Positions 20,334 to 30,846 of a DNA stretch of 50,169 bases are shown here, piece after piece. The notes under the pieces are model-generated. The model saw nothing but the letters and a program-made list of their open reading frames with translations, was not told the DNA's origin and did not search any database. Source of the DNA: Myxococcota bacterium (GTDB lineage Bacteria; Myxococcota_A; Polyangia; Nannocystales; Nannocystaceae); contig JBCCHT010000061.1 of the NCBI GenBank assembly GCA_039028615.1, positions 1 through 50,169 on the forward strand. The letters are read 5' to 3'. Within the stretch, counting starts at the first letter, position 1, and every line of letters starts with the position of its first letter. A program made the position numbers and the translations under genes.

Positions 20334-22031
20334 TCATCGGGAACGGAAGTTCAGGCCGAAGCGCTCGTAAAACCAGGCTCCGTCCCGTACTGCGCGTGAC
20401 CGGACCCAGGCGCGGCGCTCCCAGATGTCTCCCGTCAGTAAAAGCCCCATGGCGGGCCCAAAGCAGGGATCTCCGCTGGCACCTTCGAGCACCGCCCGCA
20501 GCGGCTCGCCGTCGAAATGCAGCACCGCGGTCCGCAGCACGTTGTGGAGAAAGTCGACCCAAGGAACCTCGAAGTTCGTCTGTTTCTTGAACACGTGGCC
20601 GACGTCGGCCTTCGGATCGACCACCACGTCGAAGCCCATCAGCCAGCAGCGGATCGACAGCTCGATGTCTTCGTGCCCGTAGCGCCGCATGGGCTCGAAG
20701 CCGCCGATCGCCTGGAAGGTGGCGCGTCGCATGGCCAAGCACCCCGCGCCCGCGACGGGCACGGCGAAGGGCTCTTCCTGGAGCCGGCCGAGCCACGTCG
20801 CCTCCAGCCGCGGACCGCCGATGGTCTGACCGTAGCCCTTGGTCGACGGGTCCCCCGCCACGCTGATGGCCGACGTGGCGATGCCGACGCCGGGACGCTC
20901 GAGCACCTCGAGCAAGGCGGGCAACCAACCCGCGTGCGGGAAGCAGTGCGCGTCCATGAACACCAGCGTCTGCGCCCGGGCATGCACGACGCCGCTGTTG
21001 CGCGCCACCGCCGAGCCCTGCCGCTGCTGCGTGACGAGGGTGACCTCCGGGTACTCGTCGACGTGGGCGCGCAGGAAATCGCAGCAGCCGTCGGAGGAGC
21101 CGTCGTCGACGACGATGACCTCGTAGTCGATCTCGGTCGCCGCCCGCAGGGCCTCCACGGTGAGCATCACGCGATAGCCCTCCCCGTGCGACGCCAGGAT
21201 CACGGAGACCGGCGGCACGTCGCGGCGCGCGGGCGTCACCACCGGCTCGGGGATCGGCAGCGGCTCGATCGGCGTCTCGTCGAGCGGCAACATCGTGGCT
21301 CCCGTGAGTTCCTCGCGCAGCAGCTCCCGATCGGCCGGATCGAGGCCGAGCGACGCGGTGTCCTCGAGCTCGCGCAGCAGCGTGAGCGCCTCTCGCTGCA
21401 CGGTGGAATCGGAGCCGACCCGGGTATTTCGCCCCTGCGTGCCGCCGCCTTGCCACTTCAACACGCGGGGCTTCGGGGTGTCGCTCAGCGCGGGCCCGGG
21501 CCGCCCGACTCGTCCACGGAGCGACGCGACGAGCACGGCCGCGAGACGCCCCAGGCGGGGCGCGGGCGCGGGCGGCAGGGCAATCTCGACGCCCTCGTCG
21601 TGCAGCTCCACCGTGCCCGTCGCTTCAGGGTCGGCGTAGAGCGCCAGCGGTACGCCCAGGCGATCGATCCGCTGCTGCACGCCGGCTTCGTCCACGCGAA
21701 GCCGCGGGCCATGGACGACCGTCCACCCTTCGCTCGCGACCTGAAAGGTCGCCAGCATCACCCCGAAGGCATGCCGCATGGTGTCCGCCGAGGCCTGCGG
21801 CTCGAGCTCGATGCGCAGCAGTACGCCCTCGGGTTGCTCCACCAGCTCGACGTCGACGGACTCGAGACACGCCCCGACGTCGGTGACCAACCGCGTGACG
21901 TCGGCGACTCCGAGCACGCCGGGGGCCTCGGTCGGAACACGGCGCTCGGTCAGGACGATCGGCATCGGGGGCCGACTTGATGCCACGGCGCCGACGACCG
22001 GAGCAAGCACGGCAACCGGACCATGGGCCAC
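20334..22031 (-). CDS. GT-A glycosyltransferase (GT2, ppGalNAc-T-like motifs) with about 260-aa unknown N-terminal region
   Basis: VSVIL, EVIVVDDGSSD, ARNSG, FMDAHC, YGHEDIELSIRCWLMG and VGHVFK. Start is 22031 (GTG) or 21965 (ATG). Confidence 0.88.
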   Translation of the reverse strand: MAHGPVAVLAPVVGAVASSRPPMPIVLTERRVPTEAPGVLGVADVTRLVTDVGACLESVDVELVEQPEGVLLRIELEPQASADTMRHAFGVMLATFQVASEGWTVVHGPRLRVDEAGVQQRIDRLGVPLALYADPEATGTVELHDEGVEIALPPAPAPRLGRLAAVLVASLRGRVGRPGPALSDTPKPRVLKWQGGGTQGRNTRVGSDSTVQREALTLLRELEDTASLGLDPADRELLREELTGATMLPLDETPIEPLPIPEPVVTPARRDVPPVSVILASHGEGYRVMLTVEALRAATEIDYEVIVVDDGSSDGCCDFLRAHVDEYPEVTLVTQQRQGSAVARNSGVVHARAQTLVFMDAHCFPHAGWLPALLEVLERPGVGIATSAISVAGDPSTKGYGQTIGGPRLEATWLGRLQEEPFAVPVAGAGCLAMRRATFQAIGGFEPMRRYGHEDIELSIRCWLMGFDVVVDPKADVGHVFKKQTNFEVPWVDFLHNVLRTAVLHFDGEPLRAVLEGASGDPCFGPAMGLLLTGDIWERRAWVRSRAVRDGAWFYERFGLNFRSR

Positions 22032-22080
22032 GTGGACTCAGGCGACGCGAACGACGATCGGTGCCGCGACGATGCGTGGG

Positions 22081-23043
22081 TCAGGCCGCGGTGGGCGGGA
22101 CGCCACCGACTTCGACGCGGTCGCGGCCGCGAGCCTTGGCCCGGTACAGCGCCGCATCGGCGGCGATGACCAGCGAGCGACGCTCGACCGGCACGTCTTC
22201 CATGATGTCCGAGCCCGCGATCCCGACCGAGACCGACTGAGGACCTCCGGCTTGGATCTCGACGGAGCGCTCGCCGAAGGAACGACGGATGCGCTCGGCG
22301 AGCGAGCGGGCCTGCTCCGCCGTGGTCTCGGGCGCGATGACCATGAACTCCTCGCCGCCGTAGCGACACGCCAGATCCGAGGCCCGCACCTGCTCCTGCA
22401 AGACGGTGCCGAACAGCTCCAAGAGCTTGTCGCCCGCGACGTGCCCGTAGCCGTCGTTGACCGCCTTGAAGTGATCGATGTCGAACATCAACAAGGCCAG
22501 CGGTCGGCCGTGGCGACGCGAGCGGGCAATCTCGGCGACGAGGCGCTCGTCGAAGACGCGGCGGTTGCCGACTCCGGTGAGGGGATCGGTGCGGGCGGCT
22601 CGCTCGAGCTCGCGGCTCTTGTTCTCGATGGCCTTGGTCAGCGCCCGGATCCGCAGCATCGCCTTGAGGCGCACGCGCAGCTCGATGCGATCGACCGGCT
22701 TGGTCAGAAAGTCGTCGGCCCCCGCGTCGATGCACTGCTCCCGAACCTCGTTGCTCGTCAGTCCGGTGAGGAATACGAAGGGCACGTACGACTGCGACTG
22801 CTCCCGCAGCAGCCGGGTCAGCTTGAGCCCGTCGACGTTGGGCATCACCGCGTCCATGAGGACCAGGTCCGTGGCGAGCGGGTCGAAGGCCCGCAGGGCG
22901 TCGGTCCAGCCGTGCGCCACGGTCACCGCGTGCCCCAGCTCGATCAGGATGGAAGCGGTCCCCGCGGCCGCGGTCGGGTCGTCGTCGACCACCAGGATTT
23001 GAGCCGGCTCGGACTCTCGGGGTGCTCTCTTGTGAACGGCCAT
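22081..23043 (-). CDS. Response-regulator diguanylate cyclase (REC-GGDEF)
   Basis: ILVVDDD, LVLMDAVMP, TKP, TDPLTG and DIDHFK. Has the RASD I-site and RYGGEEF. Confidence 0.95.
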   Translation of the reverse strand: MAVHKRAPRESEPAQILVVDDDPTAAAGTASILIELGHAVTVAHGWTDALRAFDPLATDLVLMDAVMPNVDGLKLTRLLREQSQSYVPFVFLTGLTSNEVREQCIDAGADDFLTKPVDRIELRVRLKAMLRIRALTKAIENKSRELERAARTDPLTGVGNRRVFDERLVAEIARSRRHGRPLALLMFDIDHFKAVNDGYGHVAGDKLLELFGTVLQEQVRASDLACRYGGEEFMVIAPETTAEQARSLAERIRRSFGERSVEIQAGGPQSVSVGIAGSDIMEDVPVERRSLVIAADAALYRAKARGRDRVEVGGVPPTAA

Positions 23044-23252
23044 GGGCCAGCGACTTCGACCTCATTTTGGCATGAGCCGCGGTGGACTCGCCGACCGTCC
23101 TGCCCCCTTCGCGACAACGGCTCTACAGACCGGCCCAACCCGGGGCTAGGCTGGGAAGTCGTTCCCCGACACGCGGGCCCGCGCCGCGGGCGATCGAGAT
23201 CTTCGGTCGGAGGCTCCCACCGCCGCGCACAGGTGGGTGCGTCTTCGCCCGG

Positions 23253-23663
23253 CTAGCCGCCGTGTTTGCGCAGCCATCGAGCGAAGATCCACGCCTTCAC
23301 GTCGTCGCGCCCGAGCACCACCCACGCAAACATCGACGCGGCGACCAACGCCACCGAGCCGAGGCGCACCTGCAGCTCGCCCAGGTCGCGAGGCATGAAC
23401 GCCAGCCCGCCGAGCAGGATCCAGGCATCGATCGCCATGCCGACGCCCGCCGCTCCTCGCACGAGCACCCGCGCCAGCTCCGTCGCGCGCACGAGCATCA
23501 GCAGCACCCCCGCGTCGACGAGCAGCGCGCCGACCTCGAGCACCGACGCGCCCACCGAGGCCGCGGGCGGACCCCACAGCAACATCGCGAGATCGACGAC
23601 CAGCTGCAGGCCCATGGCCACCAACAACCACCGCATCGCCCGCGGCATGGGGTCGGACTCCAT
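23253..23663 (-). CDS. Small 4-TM membrane protein
   Basis: ATG 23663 (MESDPMPRAMRWLL) followed by four hydrophobic segments. Confidence 0.65.
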   Translation of the reverse strand: MESDPMPRAMRWLLVAMGLQLVVDLAMLLWGPPAASVGASVLEVGALLVDAGVLLMLVRATELARVLVRGAAGVGMAIDAWILLGGLAFMPRDLGELQVRLGSVALVAASMFAWVVLGRDDVKAWIFARWLRKHGG

Positions 23664-23801
23664 CGCGAATCTTGGACACCCGGCTGCGACCGAGGTTCCC
23701 GCCGCTACCAAGCCCCCGGGATCAAAGGAGAAAACGCCCAATATTTCCGATTTGCAAACGGACCGCATGGGAACGGGTCGGCGACCGTCAAACTCGTAGT
23801 C

Positions 23802-24230
23802 ATGGAGAACCGACCCAAGCGCCGATCCTCCCCTGCCCTGCTCTTGACCTGTTTGCTGTCTCTGGCCGCCAGCGGCTGCGCCTCCCGATACAAGCTCGAC
23901 GCCGAGCCGCCTGCCTATGCCGCCAAGGCGAAGATCAAGGTCAAGGTCAACAAGACCGAGAACCGCGAGATGACCGTGCGCATCGATCACCTCGCGCCCC
24001 CCTCCCGCATCGGCCCCAACCTTCGCGGCTACGTGGTGTGGATTCACGTGCCCGGGCACGGCACCAGCAAGGCCGGCTTGCTCGACTACAACGAGCGCCG
24101 CCGCCGGGGCACGCTCAAGGCGACCACGCCCCACCCGAAGTTCGAGGTCATCGTAACCCTCGAGGACGACCTGTCCGTGGCCCAGCCCAGCGAGCGCGTC
24201 ATCGTGCGCAAGCTGGTCGCCAAGGCCTAA
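23802..24230 (+). CDS. Small basic lipoprotein
   Basis: Lipobox LAASGC, then HLAPPSRI..YVVWI..AGLL..FEVIVTLE. Confidence 0.8.
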   Translation: MENRPKRRSSPALLLTCLLSLAASGCASRYKLDAEPPAYAAKAKIKVKVNKTENREMTVRIDHLAPPSRIGPNLRGYVVWIHVPGHGTSKAGLLDYNERRRRGTLKATTPHPKFEVIVTLEDDLSVAQPSERVIVRKLVAKA

Positions 24231-24850
24231 GCCTCATCGGGAGGATCCGTCCCCGGGAACGCGCGACGGATCCTCGCGGCACAATCATCGAGCGCGTCGT
24301 CGTTGGTCGCGGTCTCACCCGCCGTACCCTCGTCGAGCTGCTCTCGCAGCAGCTGCTTGCCGCGACGCAGCCGAGTCTTGGCGGTTCCCACCGGGATCTC
24401 GAGGGTCTCGGCCACGCGCGTGGCCGACATCTCTTCCCAGTAGTGCAGCTCGAGCACGATCTGCAGCTCGATGGGAATCTTCCGCAGCCCATCGAGCACG
24501 CGCTGCTCGTCCATGCGCTGGGCCACGATGCGGCTGGGAGACGGCGACAGATCGAAGACGCTGGTGGTGTGAAAATCGATGCGAGCGTCCCGGCGCTGCC
24601 GACGGTAGTGAAGCCGCAACACGTTCTTGCCCACCCCGATGAGGAAGGTGAAGAAGCTCGAGTCGCCGCGAAAACGCTCGCGATTTTCCAGGCAGGCGAG
24701 GAAGGTCTGCTGGATGAGGTCCTCCACCCCGTGGTCGACCTTGTTGTAGAAGAACCGACAGGCGCGGTCGAAGTAGCGGCGGAAGAGCGTTTCTCCGGCC
24801 CCTGCGTCGCCTCCCTGCCACGCCTCGAGCAACTCGCGGTCGCTCTGCAT
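24227..24850 (-). CDS. ECF sigma factor (kinase-associated)
   Basis: SDRELLEAWQGGD, VEDLIQQTFL, FRGDSSFFTFL and LHYWEEMS..IPVGTAKTRLRRG. Confidence 0.95.
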   Translation of the reverse strand: MQSDRELLEAWQGGDAGAGETLFRRYFDRACRFFYNKVDHGVEDLIQQTFLACLENRERFRGDSSFFTFLIGVGKNVLRLHYRRQRRDARIDFHTTSVFDLSPSPSRIVAQRMDEQRVLDGLRKIPIELQIVLELHYWEEMSATRVAETLEIPVGTAKTRLRRGKQLLREQLDEGTAGETATNDDALDDCAARIRRAFPGTDPPDEA

Positions 24851-24857
24851 CGCGCCG

Positions 24858-24863
24858 ATGGTA
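24858..24863 (-). promoter_or_regulatory. Putative -10 element (TACCAT), leaderless start of the ECF gene
   Basis: Lies 7 nt upstream of ATG 24850. Confidence 0.5.
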
Positions 24864-24903
24864 GCGGATCTCGGCGGTGTCGTACCATTCGAACAGGTCG
24901 ACC

Positions 24904-27462
24904 ATGGAACAAGTGCACGCCGGACTCGCCCGCGAATTCGACCGGGTCCGCCAGGCGTCGTTCGCCGGGCTGTTTGGGGGCGCCCCGGCCCAGCCGCGCG
25001 TCATCGGCCGATTTCGCCTGCTCCGCCGACTCGGCCAAGGGGGCATGGGCGTGGTGCATGCCGCTCACGATCCTCAGCTCGATCGGGAGGTCGCCCTCAA
25101 GGTGCTGCGCACGACTCGGCTCGACATCGGCGACCCGTCGCGGCTGCGGCGACGATGGCTGCGGGAGGCCCGGGCGCTGGCCAAGGTCACGCACCCCAAC
25201 GTGGTGCACGCCTACGAGGTGGGGACGGCCGACGACGATGCCTACCTGGCGATGGAGCTGGTCGAGGGTCGCACGCTGCGGGACTTCACCGTGCCGCACG
25301 GCATCCTCCGCGCCCGGGTGATCGATGCCTATGTACAGGCGGCCCGAGGCCTCGCCGCCGCCCATGCGGTGGGACTCGTGCATCGCGACTTCAAGCCCGA
25401 CAACGTGCTGCTCGCCGCGGACGGCAGCGCCAAGGTGGTGGACTTCGGGCTCGCCCGCGCCTCCGGGGACGGGATTCCCACCGAGACGCAGGTCGACGTC
25501 GACGATGGCGACGAGGTCACGCGCACGGGCACCATCCTCGGGACCCCGGCCTATATGGCGCCGGAGCAGCGACGGGGCGAGGCCGTGGATGCTCGCGCCG
25601 ACCAATACGCGTGGTGTGTCTCGCTGCACGAAGCGCTGACCGGGCAGCGACCCACGTCCGCGCTGGACGACGCCGGTCGGGATCCCGTGCTGCGAGTCCT
25701 GCGACGGGGCCTCGCCGAGGATCCCGAGGAACGCTTCGGGTCGATGCTGGCCCTCGTCGACGCGCTGCAGGCCACCCGTCGGCCGCCGCAGAGACGATGG
25801 TGGGCGGCCGGAGCGATTGGGGTGCTCGCGCTGGGGGTGTGGAGCCTCGCCCCGCGCTCCGAGGCCCCGTCCGAGCCCGCCTGCGGTCGTGCCCTGGCGC
25901 TCCACGAGGCGGCGTGGAACGACGATCGCGAAGCTCGACTCGCCGAGCACCTCCGCGACGTCGTGCCCGAGCTCGCCGACCGAGCCGTCCCCCATGTACA
26001 CGCCACCTTCGACGCCCACGAGCGGCAGTGGCTGCAGCTCCACGCCGATACGTGCCGCCCGCTGCCGCTCGATGGCCCCCGGCACGAGACCCTGCGGTGC
26101 CTCGACTCGCGCGCCCGCCTGGCCGACGCCATCGTCTCCGCGCTCGAAGCGGCGCCCGCCTCTCAGCTCACCCACCTCGACCGCGTGCTCGAGCTGCCGT
26201 CGGTGCAAGACTGCGCCCAACCCAATCGCCTGCACCAGCGCATGCCGCTGCCCGAGGACGAGACCCGCGCTCGCCGGGTCCAGGCGCTGCGACTGGCCAT
26301 CACCCAAGCCGACCTCACCCGCCGCCTCGGCGACACGGCGCGGGCCCACACCGCCCTGAACCGACTCGGGCCGTCGGTGGCCGAGGTGGCCTTCGAGCCG
26401 CTACAGGCCGAGCTGCACGACGCCCTCAGCGAGATGTCGATCCAGAGCGGCGACTACCCGCGGGGGCGCAGCGAGGCCCAAGCCACCATCACCGTGGCCA
26501 AGCGAGCCGGGGTCCCGCTGCTCGAGGCGCGCGGGTGGATCAAGCTCGCGATGGTCGATGGCTACGTCGAGCGCAACACCGACGATGGGCACGGTCACCT
26601 CGATCTGGCCGCGGCCGCGGTGGAGCAAGGGGGCGGCGACGAGAAGCTCGAGGTGCTCATCGAGGCCTATCGCGGGCACGTGAACCTCGGCGGCGGACGC
26701 CTCGACGAAGCCCTGGCCGACTATCGCAAGGCGCTCGCGCACGAGCGGGAGCGAGCTGCGGCGACGGGCACGGAGAGCTCGCTCGAGGGCCAGATCCTCG
26801 ACACCATCGGCACCGTGCTCCGCCGTCAGGGCAAGCTCGAACAAGCCGAGGCCCAGATGAAGCAAGCCCACGCCCTGCTGCTCGAGCGGGTGGGCCCCCA
26901 TCACCCCAAGACCGGCGCCGCGCTGATGGCCCTGGGCAACGTGGCCCTGCAGCGCAAAGATGCCGAGGCGGCGATCGACTTCTACGAGCGCGCGAACGAG
27001 GCGCTGGGCGACGCCCCCTCCGAGATCCGACCGCGGCTGCTCAACAACCTCGGGCAGGCCTACCAAGAGGCCGACCGCACCGCCGACGCGGAGAAGACCC
27101 TGCGCTCCGCCGTGGCCATGCTCGAGGCGCAGGACAACCAGACCATCGAGCGGGCGCGCGCGCTGTCGAGCCTCTCCCGGCTGCTCCGCACCACCGATCG
27201 GCCCGAAGAGGCGCTCACGCTCGTGGAGTCGGCGGTGACCCTCGGCGAGCGGCTGCTCGGGCCCGAGCATCCCGAGCTGTCGCGGATCTTGCTCAACCGC
27301 GCCCTGACCCACGAAGCGGCGGGCAACCCCGAGCAAGCGGATCGCGATGCCCTGCGAGTCATCGCGCTGACCGAGGGCGGCGAAGCGCACCGCACCAACG
27401 CCCACGACAGCGCCCTGCGGTTGCGCAAACGGGTCGCAAACGGCGATTCCGCGGACGGCTGA
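24904..27462 (+). CDS. Ser/Thr protein kinase with TM and TPR repeats
   Basis: LGQGGMGVV, HRDFKPDN, DFGLAR, GTPAYMAPE and TPRs (VGPHHPKT, LGPEHPEL). Confidence 0.95.
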   Translation: MEQVHAGLAREFDRVRQASFAGLFGGAPAQPRVIGRFRLLRRLGQGGMGVVHAAHDPQLDREVALKVLRTTRLDIGDPSRLRRRWLREARALAKVTHPNVVHAYEVGTADDDAYLAMELVEGRTLRDFTVPHGILRARVIDAYVQAARGLAAAHAVGLVHRDFKPDNVLLAADGSAKVVDFGLARASGDGIPTETQVDVDDGDEVTRTGTILGTPAYMAPEQRRGEAVDARADQYAWCVSLHEALTGQRPTSALDDAGRDPVLRVLRRGLAEDPEERFGSMLALVDALQATRRPPQRRWWAAGAIGVLALGVWSLAPRSEAPSEPACGRALALHEAAWNDDREARLAEHLRDVVPELADRAVPHVHATFDAHERQWLQLHADTCRPLPLDGPRHETLRCLDSRARLADAIVSALEAAPASQLTHLDRVLELPSVQDCAQPNRLHQRMPLPEDETRARRVQALRLAITQADLTRRLGDTARAHTALNRLGPSVAEVAFEPLQAELHDALSEMSIQSGDYPRGRSEAQATITVAKRAGVPLLEARGWIKLAMVDGYVERNTDDGHGHLDLAAAAVEQGGGDEKLEVLIEAYRGHVNLGGGRLDEALADYRKALAHERERAAATGTESSLEGQILDTIGTVLRRQGKLEQAEAQMKQAHALLLERVGPHHPKTGAALMALGNVALQRKDAEAAIDFYERANEALGDAPSEIRPRLLNNLGQAYQEADRTADAEKTLRSAVAMLEAQDNQTIERARALSSLSRLLRTTDRPEEALTLVESAVTLGERLLGPEHPELSRILLNRALTHEAAGNPEQADRDALRVIALTEGGEAHRTNAHDSALRLRKRVANGDSADG

Positions 27463-27572
27463 TTTTTTTTCGATCCATCGCAATCCGTTGTCGGGGGTGG
27501 AGTTACCAACCCGACGTAGCGCGTGAGCCCGGGACTGGACTCGAGCCCACGCGGTGAAAAGGACTGATTACG

Positions 27573-28124
27573 ATGGCATTTCTTCGACGCAATTCCTTGG
27601 TTTTTTCGGCTCTGTGCGCGGTCGCGATGGCGACGGCCTGCGACCAATCCATCGACGTGGGTGAGCCCGCAGAGGTCACCGAGCGCGCCGCGTTCGAGTG
27701 CCCGGCCGAGTGCGAGGCGATCGGCGGCGACGTCAACGGCGATGGCCAGGTCGACATCAGCGACATGGTCGTGATCATGAACGCGTACCAGTACGACAGC
27801 GATCACTGCCCGCTCGGGGCCGACGTCAACGGCGATGGCCAGTTCGACATCTCGGACCCGATCTACCTGTCCAACTACCTGTGGCAGGGCGGTCCCGCCC
27901 CCGTCGCGCCCATCGCCCCGGGCGACGTCAACGGCGACGGCCAGCGCGACATCACCGATGTCAGCATCCTGCCCGGCTACCTCTTCGGCGGGAACCCGGC
28001 CTCGGTCTGCGAGATGGGGGCCGACGTCAACGGCGACTGCACCGTGGACATCAGCGACGTGCAGACGCTGACCACGTGGATGTACAGCGGCGGGCCCGAG
28101 CCCGTGAGCTGCCCCGGGAACTGA
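27573..28124 (+). CDS. Lipoprotein with dockerin type I-like Ca-binding repeats
   Basis: Lipobox ATAC and four (G/A)DVNGDxxxDI(S/T)D repeats. Confidence 0.88.
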   Translation: MAFLRRNSLVFSALCAVAMATACDQSIDVGEPAEVTERAAFECPAECEAIGGDVNGDGQVDISDMVVIMNAYQYDSDHCPLGADVNGDGQFDISDPIYLSNYLWQGGPAPVAPIAPGDVNGDGQRDITDVSILPGYLFGGNPASVCEMGADVNGDCTVDISDVQTLTTWMYSGGPEPVSCPGN

Positions 28125-28140
28125 GCCCCTCGCTCTGCCC

Positions 28141-29901
28141 TCAGGCCTGCCCCACCCGCACCAAGCGGCCGGGGCGGGCCCCGGTGAGCGCTCCGTTTTG
28201 GGCGACCACCGTGCCGGAGACCAAGGTCGCCCGGTACCCGTCGGCGTACTGCATCAAGCGACGACCCCCCGCGGGCAGGTCTCGCTGCATGACCGGGGAA
28301 CGCAGGCTCAGCGAGTCATAGTCGATGACGTTGAGGTCGGCCTTCTGCCCCGGCGCCACCATGCCGCGATCGTGCATGCCCACGAAGCGTGCGGTGTCGT
28401 GGCACTGCATCTGGACCAGGCGCTCGATGGGGATGCGCCCCTGGGCCCGGTCGCGGCCCCAGTGCGACAGCAAGAAGGTGGGGAAGCTGGCATCACACAC
28501 CGTGCCCACGTGCGCTCCACCGTCGCTCAGGCCTGGCAGCGCCAGGGGGTGGGTCAGCATGGTGTGCACCACATCGAGGTTGACCCCGGTGAAGTTGTAC
28601 AGCGGGAAGTACAGCAGCGCGCGGCCCTCGTCCTCGAGCAGCGCGTCGTAGAGCACCTCGAGCACGGAGACCTGCTTGCCCTGAGCTTCCGCCCACAGGC
28701 ACGAGCGCGGATCGGGCTCGTAGTCGGGCGTCTCGCCGAGCCGGTACAGGCGCTTGGCCACGTTGTCGATCTGCGCGAGCAGGTGGTCGGCCAAGGGCGG
28801 GAGCGCCGAGCCGTCGCCCGCCACCTTGTCGGTGGTCTCGGACAGGATGCGCGCTCGCAGCTCGGGATCCCGCATGCGGGCGACCTGCTCCTCCAGCGGC
28901 CGCTGGCTGATCTCCTTGTACGAAGGAAAGCCCATGAAGGGATGGAAGGTCGCGGTCAGCCCCAGCATGACGCCGATGGCCCGCGGAGCGACCTGCACCC
29001 GAATGGGGTTGCCCCCCGCGGTGGATTGCTCGGCCCGCTCGAGGATCCACTTCCACTGCTCGGGCGACTGATCGCGCTGCATCAGCGAGATGGACATCGC
29101 GTGGTTGGGCGCGGCCGCGGCCATCTTCTCGATGGTGTCGAACTCGGGGGCAAAGCGCTCGTCCGAGTCCATGAGATCGAAATCGGAAACCGCCTGAAGC
29201 ACCCCGTGGCCGAGCCCGTCGTAGGCCCCCGCGATGGCCGAAAGCTCTCGTACCGTTGCCTCCGAGGCGGGCGTGGCCTGGCCCTGCGCCGTGCGGTGGT
29301 TGTCGGTGCGCCCGGTGGAAAAGCCCACCGCCCCCGCCTGCAGGGCCTCGCGCACGAGCCCTCGCATGGTCGCGATGTCGTCGTCGGTGGCCGGGCTCCC
29401 CGCGATGGCCCGCTCGCCCATGACGTAGACCCGCAGCACGTCGTGCGGGACCTGGACGCCGAAGTCGATGGCATGCGGCATGGCATCGATCGCGTCCATG
29501 TACTCGGGGAAGGTCTCCCACTGCCAGGTGATGCCCTCGGACAGCGCCGAGCCCGGGATGTCCTCGACCCCCTCCATCAGCTCGATGATCCGCTGCCGAT
29601 CGCCCGCCCGCACGGGAGCGAACCCGACGCCGCAGCTGCCCATGACGCAGGTCGTGACCCCGTGCAGCGACGACGGAGCGAGCTCCTCGTCCCACGAGAC
29701 CTGGCCGTCGTAGTGCGTGTGGATGTCGACGAAGCCCGGCGTCACCAGGGCTCCCTCGGCGTCGACCGTCTGCTTGGCGCCGCCCGAACACTCGCCGACC
29801 TCGACGATGCGCCCGTCGACGATGCCCACGTCTCCGCGCCGACCGGGCTGCCCCGAGCCGTCGATGATGGTTCCACCCGTGATCTTGAGGTCGTAGCTCA
29901 T
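28141..29901 (-). CDS. N-acyl-D-amino-acid deacylase family amidohydrolase
   Basis: [29 protein letters not shown] and G.KADLNVID. Confidence 0.93.
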   Translation of the reverse strand: MSYDLKITGGTIIDGSGQPGRRGDVGIVDGRIVEVGECSGGAKQTVDAEGALVTPGFVDIHTHYDGQVSWDEELAPSSLHGVTTCVMGSCGVGFAPVRAGDRQRIIELMEGVEDIPGSALSEGITWQWETFPEYMDAIDAMPHAIDFGVQVPHDVLRVYVMGERAIAGSPATDDDIATMRGLVREALQAGAVGFSTGRTDNHRTAQGQATPASEATVRELSAIAGAYDGLGHGVLQAVSDFDLMDSDERFAPEFDTIEKMAAAAPNHAMSISLMQRDQSPEQWKWILERAEQSTAGGNPIRVQVAPRAIGVMLGLTATFHPFMGFPSYKEISQRPLEEQVARMRDPELRARILSETTDKVAGDGSALPPLADHLLAQIDNVAKRLYRLGETPDYEPDPRSCLWAEAQGKQVSVLEVLYDALLEDEGRALLYFPLYNFTGVNLDVVHTMLTHPLALPGLSDGGAHVGTVCDASFPTFLLSHWGRDRAQGRIPIERLVQMQCHDTARFVGMHDRGMVAPGQKADLNVIDYDSLSLRSPVMQRDLPAGGRRLMQYADGYRATLVSGTVVAQNGALTGARPGRLVRVGQA

Positions 29902-30758
29902 CGTTTCGTGTCCTTCGTCGCGTCGCGGCCGATGATCGCGACATCGCGCTCACCCTGGCCCTCGTCGATCAAGCCGTCCATGCGCTGGGCCAGGGCGGGC
30001 AACACCGTCAGCGGGCGCTGCCCCGCCGCATCGATCATCAACCCGATGTCCTTGCGCGCCATCTTCAGGGTCCACTGCGTCTCGTAGTCGCCTCGCGCCA
30101 TGCGAGCGCCTCGCCCCGCGACCGTGAAGCGCAGGTCGAAGCCCTCGAGCATTTCTTGGCACTGCTGCGGCGTGAAGCCCTGCTCGGCCGCCATCGAGTA
30201 CACGTCCGAGAGCCCGCCGAGGACCGAGAGGTTGAGGGCATTGCCGACCAGCTTGAAGGTGGCCGCCGCATCCAGGCGCTCGCCGAAGTACCAGACCCGC
30301 CCCGTCATCGCGGACAGCTCGGTCTCCACCGCCTCGAAGCGGGCCTTGGGACCACAGGCCAAGATCATGCCCTGCGCGGTGCGGCAGGCCTGCGGCGACA
30401 TGAAGATCGGCGCGTGCAGATACTGCACACCCGCCTCGGCGCAGCGCTCGGCTCGGGCCTTGCTGCCCGGGGGCGAGGTCGTGCTGTGGTCGAGCACGAT
30501 CGCCTCGGGATCGAGCGCAGGACCGATGGCCTCCAGGATTTCATCGACCGCCGCGTCGCTGGTCAGCACCAGGTGCACCCGCGATTGCCCACGCACGGCC
30601 TCGGCCGGGGTGTCGGCAACCACCGCGCCCAGCTCGGCCAAGGCCTCCGCCTTCGCGCGCGTTCGGTTCCAGACGCGGACCTTCTCGCCGCGTTCGAGTG
30701 CGGCCTCGACCATGCCCGCCCCGATGAGCCCCGTGCCGATGAAGACCCTGTGTTCCAT
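29898..30758 (-). CDS. NAD(P)-dependent oxidoreductase, 3-hydroxyisobutyrate dehydrogenase family
   Basis: [17 protein letters not shown] and FKLVGN. ATGA overlap with the deacylase. Confidence 0.92.
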   Translation of the reverse strand: MEHRVFIGTGLIGAGMVEAALERGEKVRVWNRTRAKAEALAELGAVVADTPAEAVRGQSRVHLVLTSDAAVDEILEAIGPALDPEAIVLDHSTTSPPGSKARAERCAEAGVQYLHAPIFMSPQACRTAQGMILACGPKARFEAVETELSAMTGRVWYFGERLDAAATFKLVGNALNLSVLGGLSDVYSMAAEQGFTPQQCQEMLEGFDLRFTVAGRGARMARGDYETQWTLKMARKDIGLMIDAAGQRPLTVLPALAQRMDGLIDEGQGERDVAIIGRDATKDTKR

Positions 30759-30815
30759 GACCCTCGTGCGCTGCCATCGCCCTTGAAGCGGCGAGCAAGT
30801 GTGGTGTACTCGGTC

Positions 30816-30844
30816 TTAACCGCATGGTCAAACCGAACGGTTAA
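30816..30844. promoter_or_regulatory. Putative TetR operator(s)
   Basis: TTAACCG-N15-CGGTTAA, readable as two tandem imperfect palindromes (TAACCgcatGGTCA, AACCgaacGGTT), immediately before the tetR ATG. Confidence 0.7.
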
Positions 30845-30846
30845 AC

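Noticed and set aside
24858..27557. 899-aa Arg/Pro-rich ORF
   Set aside because: Alternate frame of the Ser/Thr kinase.
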